A DNA stretch of 63,604 nucleotides, the filler included, from Acetivibrio sp. (GTDB lineage: Bacteria; Bacillota; Clostridia; Acetivibrionales; Acetivibrionaceae): assembly GCF_035371925.1 (NCBI RefSeq). It is 3 parts of 3 records of this genome, joined end to end, with 100 filler letters (N's around TTAATTAATTAA, not from the genome) between each part and the next. Parts side by side here need not be neighbours in the genome. Positions count along the whole stretch, not along the records: positions 1 to 23,272 come from NZ_DAORXT010000044.1; positions 23,373 to 45,848 come from NZ_DAORXT010000045.1; 1 more part is not named here. One strand, given 5' to 3'. The position numbers were made by a program, and so were the translations under genes. Position 1 is the first letter of the stretch. The number at the start of each line of letters is the position of its first letter. Below the pieces are notes generated by a model that did not search any database, was not told the DNA's origin, and saw only the letters and a list, made by a program, of their open reading frames with translations. Shown here piece by piece: positions 18,080 to 27,010 of this stretch.

Positions 18080-18552
18080 CAGTAGTAACGATATCCGACA
18101 GTGTATCGAGGGGTCAAAGGGAAAGTATCAGTGACAAAGTAATTGCTGAAACGGTAAAAAGTATCGGCATAGTTAACAGTCACATAACAATTCCGGATGA
18201 ATTGGATACAATAGCAGAATGTTTGAGGGATTTAGCGGATAGTGGAAATGTGGATATTATATTGACAACAGGAGGGACCGGATTGAGTCCCAGGGATGTT
18301 ACTCCTGAAGCTACATATAAGGTGATTGACAGAGAAATTGCCGGTATTGCCGAAAAAATGAGAATGGAAACTTCAAAGTATTCGCCAAATGCCATATTAT
18401 CGCGAGCAGTTGCCGGAACCAGGAAAGATACGCTCATTATAAATCTTCCCGGAAGTCCGAAAGCAGTAAAGGAATGTTTAGAAGCAATCTTGCCCGTTTT
18501 AGTGCATGCAGTTGATGTTATCAAAGGAAGAGTGGTAAGATGTGGAGGGTAG
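18067..18552 (+). CDS. mog: Molybdopterin adenylyltransferase (MogA/MoaB family)
   Basis: TISD, TTGGTGLSPRDVTPEAT, SRAVAG, NLPGSPKAV. Confidence 0.92.
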   Translation: MLKIAVVTISDSVSRGQRESISDKVIAETVKSIGIVNSHITIPDELDTIAECLRDLADSGNVDIILTTGGTGLSPRDVTPEATYKVIDREIAGIAEKMRMETSKYSPNAILSRAVAGTRKDTLIINLPGSPKAVKECLEAILPVLVHAVDVIKGRVVRCGG

Positions 18553-18861
18553 CTATTAACTAATGGAGTCAGGACCTTTGAAAATTGTTGTGCAGTATCG
18601 GTTATAAGAATACCTAGCTATATCGAACAGGAAAAATAATAGCTTTTACCCTTCAGTTTTCTCGATGTTGTTTACTATTGATAGTTTTTGATTAGCTGTT
18701 CTCAATCGTAAATAATATGGGGATAGAACCCCGAGAGTTTGTAAGCGTCAAATATACCATCACATAGTATAACAGTTGCGAAGTTGATACAATCACAATA
18801 AATACAGTTGAAAAAGTTGAAAAAGTAAGCAAACTTTTTCAACCAGAAACGGAGTGATTGT

Positions 18862-19215
18862 ATGGACACACAAAAAGTAGCGGCAGAGTACCGATTGTCG
18901 CAATGGGCACAAGTGATACAGGCACAGCAGGAAAGCGGGCAAAGTGTCAAGGATTTCTGTAAGACGGCAGGGATAAGCAGAAACGCATACTTTTACTGGC
19001 AGAAGAAGTTGCGGAAGGCTGCTTGTACAGAGTTTTCAAAAACGGAAGAACCCAGTAATATTGTGCCGAGTGGATGGATGCAACTTACGCCGAAACAGGC
19101 GCAACACGCAAAAGAAACGTTGGGCATTGAAATTAACGGCTGTCATGTTGCTGTGAATGATGAAACAGATCTTGAACTGCTGAAAAAAGTCTGCAGGGTA
19201 TTGAGGTCGCTATGA
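18862..19215 (+). CDS. tnpA: IS66 accessory protein TnpA (OrfA)
   Basis: SGQSVKDFC...GISRNAYFYWQKKLR HTH; overlaps the tnpB start. Confidence 0.85.
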   Translation: MDTQKVAAEYRLSQWAQVIQAQQESGQSVKDFCKTAGISRNAYFYWQKKLRKAACTEFSKTEEPSNIVPSGWMQLTPKQAQHAKETLGIEINGCHVAVNDETDLELLKKVCRVLRSL

Positions 19216-19565
19216 TAAGATGGAATGACAAACCAGTTTATCTCTGCTGCGGATACACAGATATGAGAAAATCCATAAATGGCCTGATGTCGCTTGTACA
19301 GGAGAGTTTTTCCCTTGACCCGTTTGCAGACGCATTGTTTGTGTTCTGCAACCGTAACCGGAACAGGCTTAAAATCCTCGAATGGGACGGAGACGGGTTC
19401 TGGTTGTATTTTAAGCGTTTGGAACGCGGGCGTTTTCGCTGGCCATCGGAGGGGGACAGCGCCACAATGGTTCTTGATGTGAATGAACTATCGTGTCTGA
19501 TTGACGGAGCCAGGCTGGAAAAAAAGCTTAGCCGTAAGGAAGTATTTGAGCGGCAAATTTCGTAA
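19212..19565 (+). CDS. tnpB: IS66 accessory protein TnpB (OrfB)
   Basis: YLCCGYTDMRKSINGL, LFVFCNR, LKILEWDGDGFWLYFKRLERGRF. Confidence 0.92.
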   Translation: MIRWNDKPVYLCCGYTDMRKSINGLMSLVQESFSLDPFADALFVFCNRNRNRLKILEWDGDGFWLYFKRLERGRFRWPSEGDSATMVLDVNELSCLIDGARLEKKLSRKEVFERQIS

Positions 19566-19725
19566 AAAACAACGCAAAAATATTTTTAAAATGTGCCTTC
19601 GAGTAAAATTATCATAGGCAAATTTCGAAAAAAATATGGGAAGGACCCAAAATAGGTCTTCCCATAATCACGATTTTCCTGTAGTTTGTAAGTTATTGAG
19701 ACAACCAAACGAAAGGAATCGTGAT

Positions 19726-21189
19726 ATGGATAGTATAACTGTTGAGAAGATAACATTCAAGGAGATAGAGAGAATATTTTTTGAAATCGGCTGTGAAGTA
19801 GCGCGAATGCTTATGCAAGCGTTTATGGAGAAATTAGACAAAGAACTTGCAGGGAGAAGAAACAAAGCCGAATACAGGCATAAAGGCACTAGAACAACCA
19901 CCATAAAAACATTGATGGGAGAGGTATCCGTCAATCGGAACGTGTATAAAAGAATCAAAGAGGATGGAAGTGTCGAGCATGTATACCTGCTGGATGAGGC
20001 ACTGGGGCTGGATACCATCGGGCTTGTATCTCCCAATCTTGTAGAGAAAATACTTGAACACAGCTGTGAAATGTCCTTCAGGGAAGTATCCCAAGCCGTG
20101 TCCGATTTCACGGGTCAGAGCATCAGCCACCAGGGAGTGTGGAATATAGTCCAAGCGGTTGGAGAAAAGCAAGCAGAAGCTGAGAAGCGCTTGATAAAGG
20201 CATATGAGAATAATGAGTTATCAGGGAGGAAGAAAGTGCCCATATTGTTTGAAGAAGCAGATGGGTTGTGGCTTTCGATGCAAGGCAAGAGCAGGGAAAA
20301 TTCCTCCAAAGGCAAAAAAGAACTCAAGGTAGGAGTGGTATACGAGGGCTGGGGAAAAAGGTATCCTTCATCCAAAGAGTACAAAACGGTTGAAAAAACA
20401 GCCTTTGCCGGATATATGAAGCCGGAGGAATTTAAAGCACTCAGGGATGCAGTAGTAGCAGAAAAATACAATGTGGATGAAATCGTGTATCGGATATTAA
20501 ATGGGGATGGAGCGTCCTGGATCAGACAGGGTGATGATTTGGAAACAAATATATTCCAGCTGGATTCTTACCATCTTGCGAAGAGTGTGGTGAGGAATGT
20601 ATATGACAAACAAGCGAGAAGGCATATCATGAGGTGGCTTAAGGCAGGAGAATTTGAAAAAGCCTTCAAGAAGATCGAGGAATTAAAATATGCATGTGGC
20701 GGGGTAGAAAGTGAAGTAAAAAAGCTTACCATTTTGGAGAATTATATAAAAAACAATATAGATGGGATTGTGCTTTACAAAGAGAGGGAGGATATACGAC
20801 TGCCCAAAGCTCCTGAAGGTATTGAATACAGGAATTTGGGGACGATGGAAAGGAATGTAGGCATATTTGCAAAACGAATGAAAGGAGCAAAAAGCTGGAG
20901 TGAAAAAGGAGCTACTAATTTATGAAAAATCATAGCATTAAAGATGGGAAAAGGCTTTAAGGATAAGATAGCAGCACTTGTGTCTGGGAAACTGTCAGAG
21001 AAGGTCACGGAACGGTTTTCGGAGGTTATAAGGATAACAAAGACATCTGTGAATCGGGCGGTGAGGAAATCGGTATATCCAATGCATCGTGGAGAAATAC
21101 CATTTTCCAACAGCAAGGTAACGAATGGGAGGAAAGCAATACGAAGCATGTTTGATTTAAAGCCGTTTAGTGAGATGGTATACAGATAG
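19726..21189 (+). pseudogene. ISLre2 (UPF0236-like) transposase with one in-frame nonsense codon
   Basis: RBS GAAAGGA then ATG 19726; LFEEADGLW, LNGDGASWI, LDSYHL, LGTMERN; TGA at 20923-20925, and the same frame continues (KIIALKMGKG...) to 21189. Confidence 0.8.
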
Positions 21190-21633
21190 TATTTACCAAA
21201 AAGCTTGCTTTTTTAGCAGATTCCCGAGGCAAAAGATGTTGGAATTTGCATATAGCAGTCCGGCGTCCGCCATGCTATACTTGGGAAGACGAGGATGAAG
21301 GAAGAAATGAAGCTTGCTTCTTCCCTTCATCCCTCGGCAAAAAGAATAAAAGCATGGCGGAACGGGTATATCAAGGCACTGTGGAATAAATGGGAGGGTG
21401 CCCGGCTCTGCCGGGAGGGAAACCGTTTATGCCGCAAAAGGCCTTGATATACCCGTTAGACGGACGGATGTGATATTAGTCATACCGTGGACAGTTATTT
21501 GCTTTAGAGGTTTTACATGCAAAAATGCGAAAATGTTTTCACCTTTTTTGAGGATGGTATAAATATACAAAATAGCCTTTAACCTACAACTACAAGGAAA
21601 AGAAAAGTTTGCCCACGTTTACTTGACACGAAC

Positions 21634-22359
21634 GGATAGATACAAAGCTGAAATAATTACGGCGGAAAAAATGGTAAACTTGTAATAGCACTAGATGCAA
21701 TGCCTGCCAATACTGCGGATGAGACCAAGATGGGTGAATTGCTGGACAAAGCAGATGAAGACGGCTTCCATGTTGATAAATTATATGGGGATACTGCATA
21801 TTCTGACTGGGATGAGATGAAAAAGCGTGAAGGCGAAACTAAGTTTTATGTCAAGGTAAGAAATGCAGTCAACAAGGATGGTATGTTCACAAAAGATGAG
21901 TTTAGTATCGATCTCGAAGAAGGAAAAATTACGTGTCCTGAGGGAAACGTGGCAGTTTTTGGCCCGGACAGAGAGATAAAGGATTCCGGATTACCAGTTA
22001 GCTTCAATGAAGAAATCTGTAAGGATTGTCCATTAAGGGATAAATGCACAAAAAGCAAAACAGGGCGGACAGTTACAATCAATAAAAACGAAAAGGATAT
22101 TTTAAATGCAAAAAATGAACAAAGGACAGATGAATTTAAAGAAGATTATTCCAAGCGGGCAAATGGCGAGCGAACAATCTCGGAGCTTACAAAATACGGT
22201 GGTAGGCAAGGAAGATATATTGGTTTGCATAAGACAAAGTGGCAGATATTGATGGCAGCGATAAACAACAACGTCAAAAAGCTCATGTCGTTCATTAATA
22301 ATACTGAAAAACGGAAAAAATCACAAATAGAGGGCGTTTTATGCCCAAACGGAACATGA
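21634..22359 (+). pseudogene. C-terminal remnant of an IS1182/IS5-like DDE transposase
   Basis: YGDTAYS, ITCPEG, CKDCPLRDKCT, YSKR...ERT; N-terminus absent, beginning directly after the 21633 repeat. Confidence 0.7.
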
Positions 22360-22620
22360 AAATGACAAATTGAAGGAAAATAGGGTGGGAAAACGCTCAG
22401 AAACAGCGATATTTAAGGATACATAAGCTCCGACGTAGAAATAGTTGTAGATTATAGGTAAACTCAAATTGTCGGATTGCAGGTGCTATGCCAAATCGGG
22501 TGTTTCCGAGTGGACTCCTAGGAGTAACTGCTTTAAGATATATTATATAGTTTTGAAATTCTAAGAAAATCAAAGCTATATAAAAGAAATTCAATATTTA
22601 TTGAGATAGGAGATAGATAG

Positions 22621-23205
22621 ATGACAGGGATAATATTAGCTGGAGGAAAGAATAGTAGAATGGGTAGAAAAAAAGCCTTTATAAATGTAGAAGGGAACAC
22701 AATTATTGATAGAATATTAGCTATTTTTAAAGAAGTTTTTTTAGAAGTTATAATTGTTTCGAATACACCTGAAGATTTTTCTTATACTGGTTTAAAAGTT
22801 GTTACGGATATAATTCCTGATAAGGGTCCGCTTGGGGGCTTGTATACAGGTCTTGTTAATATGAAGTATGAACGATGCTTTGTTGTGGCGTGTGATATGC
22901 CTTATATAAGCAAATCACTTGTGAAATATATTATTGATATTCCAAGATACGATATTATTGTTCCTAAAATTGATGGTCTTTACGAACCTCTATTTGCTTG
23001 CTATTCAAGAAGGTGTGCAAATTTAGCAAAAAGACAGATGGAAGAAGGTAATTTAAGGATAACTGACATTTATTCATATTTTACTGTAAAAGAAATTTAT
23101 GAGGATGAAATAAGAAAATTTGATAGTAGTATGAGATCGCTTGTAAATATTAATACTCCCGAGGATGTTTTTGGCAAGTACAAATTCAAGCATTCCGGAA
23201 CTTAA
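22621..23205 (+). CDS. mobA: Molybdenum cofactor guanylyltransferase
   Basis: IILAGGKNSRMGRKKA, GPLGGL, VACDMPY, YEPLFA, NINTPED. Confidence 0.93.
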   Translation: MTGIILAGGKNSRMGRKKAFINVEGNTIIDRILAIFKEVFLEVIIVSNTPEDFSYTGLKVVTDIIPDKGPLGGLYTGLVNMKYERCFVVACDMPYISKSLVKYIIDIPRYDIIVPKIDGLYEPLFACYSRRCANLAKRQMEEGNLRITDIYSYFTVKEIYEDEIRKFDSSMRSLVNINTPEDVFGKYKFKHSGT

Positions 23206-23272
23206 TTTTTCAAGCACCCTGGGTAAGTTGTAAAATTAATTGCCCAAACATGATAAAAAAGAAGTGACTCAA

Positions 23273-23372
23273 NNNNNNNNNNNNNNNNNNNNNNNNNNNN
23301 NNNNNNNNNNNNNNNNTTAATTAATTAANNNNNNNNNNNNNNNNNNNNNNNNNNNNNNNNNNNNNNNNNNNN
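23273..23372. other. Artificial contig join
   Basis: N44-TTAATTAATTAA-N44; the spacer has stops in all six frames. Confidence 0.97.
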
Positions 23373-23414
23373 AATCTGTTCTTTTGTAGCATTCTGATTC
23401 ATAACGATAATCAT
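23373..23414 (-). CDS. aroF: 5' start of a probable DAHP synthase (ACT-type AroF), cut by the gap
   Basis: GGAGG RBS then MIIVMNQNATKEQI, resembling clostridial/Thermotoga-type AroF N-termini; only 14 codons visible. Confidence 0.55.
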
Positions 23415-23544
23415 AGTAAAAACCTCCATATATCATTATTTTTTACTTTTTCGTTTAATTTAAAAGGTAAAATAAAAGCTCGGGACATCGAGTACCTTCG
23501 CTTTTGCCTCTTTCATTTCGTTCCAAGAGGCCAAATAAAAACTC

Positions 23545-23815
23545 CTCATCCCTTGTTTTTAAGGGACGAGGAGTGTATTTTCCACGCGGTACCACCCAAA
23601 TTGGCATATTGCCCACTCATTATTGTACGGGATTACATAAAGTTATCCGATACAACCTTTCTTTTAACGGTGAAAGCTCCGGTTAAGCCTACTTTAGCGG
23701 TATAATCCGCTTTTCAGCCAACAGCTCAGGCGGTGAACTTCAATTATACTCCTTTTACCGGGCTCGCACCGTCCCCGGCTCGCTTAAAAAGAATATATAA
23801 CTTACTTTACCCCAT
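23545..23815 (-). promoter_or_regulatory. T-box riboswitch, probable Phe specifier (UUC)
   Basis: Minus strand GGGTGGTACCGCG (23585-23597); stem I elements AGCGAG...GGTGCGAG and TGAAG-TTC-ACC; terminator CTCCTCGTCCCT/AGGGATGAGGAG followed by a U tract. Confidence 0.85.
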
Positions 23816-23853
23816 CATTGCCTTTATTATCAATTATTTTACTGTTACCAATT

Positions 23854-23882
23854 ATTTTATCACTTAGCAGGATTTCAGTCAA
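23854..23882 (-). promoter_or_regulatory. Sigma-A promoter for the T-box leader
   Basis: TTGACT, 17 nt, TAAAAT, with an extended TG. Confidence 0.65.
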
Positions 23883-23908
23883 TAATAAATTTAATAAAAT
23901 TCTAGAAT

Positions 23909-24664
23909 TTACAAGCAAGTATATACGCCATCATCTTTTAGCTTTAAATTGAGAAAATATTCGCTTCCGTCAGCATCCCAGCCTTTTATGACGACTTCTT
24001 TGCCGTCCGGCGATACTGACTCGATGAAAGTCGAATGGGATTTTTTTGACCAAAGCATACTTCTGTCTTTGTCATAGCCCCACAAACCGGTGTCAATGCT
24101 TTCAAAATCAATGGCATTTATATTGGTAACGGACTCATCGCTAAATGTGTATGCAAAAATGTGGGCCTTATGTTGATTAACTTCAAAATTTCTTACGTAT
24201 GTATAAAGAACCGGTTTGTTATTAATATTTATTACACGATAAAATTCCAAATCGTAAGGCATGCAGTTTTCTATCATGAATACACTGTTGCCGGGGTAGT
24301 ATTGAAATACTTTCCATGTGCTTCTTCCCGAAATTCCGAAGTCTTCCGGAGCTTGCCTGTATTCAATTATTCTCGAATCATTATTTTCATGTATGCAAAT
24401 CCAGTCCGAAAGCTTTGAAATACTCTCACTTGGGATATCTTGAGGGTCTGATTTCCTTAATAACTCTACTAATAGGGCTAGTGCATCTTCAGTATATTTT
24501 TCACTTTCTGTTGACGGTTCTTTGGCTTTATCCAATAAATTTTTTATTTCCGAAAGATTGCTTGTGCTTTGAATATTGGGATTCTGTACACTTAATAATT
24601 TTTGGCAGCCTGCTAAAAAAGTGACTATCAAACAGGTTAATATTATCGGGAGTATTTTTTTCAT
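23909..24664 (-). CDS. Hypothetical lipoprotein
   Basis: MKK + hydrophobic stretch + LAGC lipobox; no family recognised. Confidence 0.75.
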   Translation of the reverse strand: MKKILPIILTCLIVTFLAGCQKLLSVQNPNIQSTSNLSEIKNLLDKAKEPSTESEKYTEDALALLVELLRKSDPQDIPSESISKLSDWICIHENNDSRIIEYRQAPEDFGISGRSTWKVFQYYPGNSVFMIENCMPYDLEFYRVININNKPVLYTYVRNFEVNQHKAHIFAYTFSDESVTNINAIDFESIDTGLWGYDKDRSMLWSKKSHSTFIESVSPDGKEVVIKGWDADGSEYFLNLKLKDDGVYTCL

Positions 24665-25085
24665 AAATGCTTTTCATTCCTTTGCCTTAGTATTACAGTA
24701 TTACATTTCTTAATTGGTTTATATTGATATTTAAATATCAACATCAATATATAACAATAGCACATAGGTGTCAATATTTTAAGTTGTTTTTCCGAAAAAT
24801 ATGATATGATACTTAAAATAATTTGATGGTAAGTTTTGCAGAAAAATTCCGGTTGTTTTAAAATGTTCAACCTAGACTACATAATTTATAAATTAAAAAA
24901 CTTCATAAAGATGTTGTAAATTATACTTTTTTGGTATAATATTAAGATATAGCATTTCACTTCTTGTTTTTTTGATTTCATATCGGAAAGGTTGAAATAT
25001 TTATGGTGAGTCCAATTCAAAAGCATACTTCTTGTTCGAAGGATTGAATTCTATGCAGAAAATTCACAATAAGGAGGTTTTTCTG

Positions 25086-25664
25086 ATGGAAGGCATGCAG
25101 ATTGTTGTATTTAGTCTAAACGATGAGATTTGTGGAGTTGACACCAGCCAAGTAAAAGAGATTGTCAAGTATGAAGAAGTTTCAAAGATGCCCAGGATGC
25201 CTAAATTTATTGATGGTGTTATTAATCTTAGGGGAAAAGTGGTTCCGATTGTCAACCTCAATAAAAGGTTTAGACTGGGGGATATGGAGGTTGGCAAAAA
25301 GACCAAGATAATAATTACAGACATTGAAGACAAGCTTATAGGCTTTGTGGTGAATGATGTTTTTGAGATAATTAGGTTGTCTGCCGATGATATAGAGCCA
25401 ACACCCGATATTATCAAGAAGGTGTATAATGACTATCTTAAGTGCGTTGGGAAAAAGGATGGCAAGTTAATCTCCATTCTGGACTTGAGTATTATATTGA
25501 CTGACAGTGAGATAGGAGAACTTGAAGAGCATAATGATAAAGATGAGAATGACGTAAATTGCGACAGTGAGGATAATGACAGTGATGATTTACAGCCCGA
25601 TAAAGATGATAATGCGGATAAACCGGATGAAAATACGGAAGACACGGAAACATGCGAAGCATAG
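25086..25664 (+). CDS. cheW: CheW chemotaxis adaptor with acidic tail
   Basis: VVFSL...VKEI, GVINLRGKVVPIVNL, IGFVVNDV; RBS AAGGAGG before ATG 25086. Confidence 0.9.
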   Translation: MEGMQIVVFSLNDEICGVDTSQVKEIVKYEEVSKMPRMPKFIDGVINLRGKVVPIVNLNKRFRLGDMEVGKKTKIIITDIEDKLIGFVVNDVFEIIRLSADDIEPTPDIIKKVYNDYLKCVGKKDGKLISILDLSIILTDSEIGELEEHNDKDENDVNCDSEDNDSDDLQPDKDDNADKPDENTEDTETCEA

Positions 25665-25709
25665 AATTTGAAGTATGTTTGGTTTACAGCACTCCTTTGC
25701 AAAAAATAA

Positions 25710-25742
25710 AAGCGCATACACTAAATTTCCTTGTATGCGCTT
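25710..25742. terminator. Hairpin between convergent cheW and ychF
   Basis: AAGCGCATACA / TGTATGCGCTT. Confidence 0.65.
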
Positions 25743-25799
25743 CTGCTTTGCCTAAAAAGTAGGTTTTTTGCTTCAACCAAAGCGGGTAAGTCTATTCTT

Positions 25800-26894
25800 T
25801 TATACATTAAATCTAAAGAGAGTAACGTCGCCGTCCTGCATAACGTAGTCTTTACCTTCGGAACGCACAAGCCCTTTTTCTTTGGCAAGGTTGTATGAAC
25901 CAAGCCTTATAAGGTCTTCATAGGCAACGACTTCAGCCCTTATAAAGCCCCTTTCAAAGTCACTGTGAATTTTTCCGGCTGCCTGGGGAGCCTTTGTGCC
26001 TTTGACTATGGTCCATGCCCTGACTTCCTGAGGTCCGGCAGTGAGAAAACTGATAAGTCCTAAAAGCTTGTAGCTTGCTTTTATCAGACGGTCAAGCCCC
26101 GACTCGGAAAGCCCTAATTCTTTTAAAAATTCTGCTTTTTCATCGTCATCCAGTTGAGCAATTTCTTCTTCAATTTTTGCACATATAACCATTACTTCAG
26201 AGCCCTCGTTTTTTGCATGGTTAACGAGCTCTTCCAACAGAGGATTGGAATTTTCGGAGTTTATGCCATCCTCAGAAACATTTGCTGCGTACAATACAGG
26301 TTTTGATGTCAGAAGAAAGAGCTGGTCTGCAAGCTTTTTCTCTTCATCGCTAAAGCTCATGGAGCGCACAGGTTTGCCTGCTTCAAGGGTCTTCATGATA
26401 CGCTCATAGAGATCCAATTCCACTTGATACTTTTTATCTCCGGACTTTAGCATCTTGCGTGTTCTGTCTATTCTTCTTTCCATTACTTCCATGTCTGCAA
26501 GAATGAGCTCCATTTCAATGGTTTCCACATCGCGGACAGGACCTACGGAACCTTCCACATGCACAATATTGCTGTCTTCAAAGCAACGGACGACATGGAC
26601 TATTGCGTCAACCTCCCTTATGTGGGACAAAAACTTGTTGCCAAGACCTTCACCTTTGCTTGCACCTTTTACAAGACCGGCTATATCCACGAATTCTATG
26701 GTAGTAGGTGTGACTTTTTCCGGATTATACATTTCTGCAAGCTTGTCAAGCCTTTCATCGGGCACGGCCACAATTCCTACATTTGGCTCAATTGTACAAA
26801 AAGGATAGTTTGCGGATTCTGCACCGGCTTTTGTTATGGCATTAAAAAGAGTACTTTTTCCTACATTAGGCAGTCCTACAATTCCCAATTTCAT
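25800..26894 (-). CDS. ychF: Redox-regulated ATPase YchF
   Basis: [35 protein letters not shown]-type C-terminus. Confidence 0.97.
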   Translation of the reverse strand: MKLGIVGLPNVGKSTLFNAITKAGAESANYPFCTIEPNVGIVAVPDERLDKLAEMYNPEKVTPTTIEFVDIAGLVKGASKGEGLGNKFLSHIREVDAIVHVVRCFEDSNIVHVEGSVGPVRDVETIEMELILADMEVMERRIDRTRKMLKSGDKKYQVELDLYERIMKTLEAGKPVRSMSFSDEEKKLADQLFLLTSKPVLYAANVSEDGINSENSNPLLEELVNHAKNEGSEVMVICAKIEEEIAQLDDDEKAEFLKELGLSESGLDRLIKASYKLLGLISFLTAGPQEVRAWTIVKGTKAPQAAGKIHSDFERGFIRAEVVAYEDLIRLGSYNLAKEKGLVRSEGKDYVMQDGDVTLFRFNV

Positions 26895-27010
26895 TTCAAA
26901 CATCTGTCCTTTCGTATATTTCTAACCTATACAGGCTAAATCTTCTTAAAAAGTGAAATTCACAAAATAATATTATATAGTATTTGAAATTTCAATGCAA
27001 TAAACCGAAT

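Larger units (their letters stand above)
18741..21633 (+). mobile_element. Composite IS: IS66-type left end and tnpA/tnpB plus ISLre2-family transposase
   Basis: GTAAGCGTCAAATA at 18741 and TACTTGACACGAAC ending at 21633 form a 10/14 inverted repeat; no target duplication seen. Confidence 0.55.

Noticed and set aside
20923..20925. Selenocysteine or programmed read-through at the transposase TGA
   Set aside because: Not a redox-site context and no SECIS-like hairpin noticed; a nonsense mutation or sequencing error is simpler.
23317..23328. TTAATTAATTAA palindrome (also 45893-45904) as a biological repeat
   Set aside because: Centred in identical N runs; it is an assembly spacer.
23205..23414. 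Functional linkage of the island with the aroF/T-box locus
   Set aside because: They are separated by an artificial contig join, so physical adjacency is unproven.
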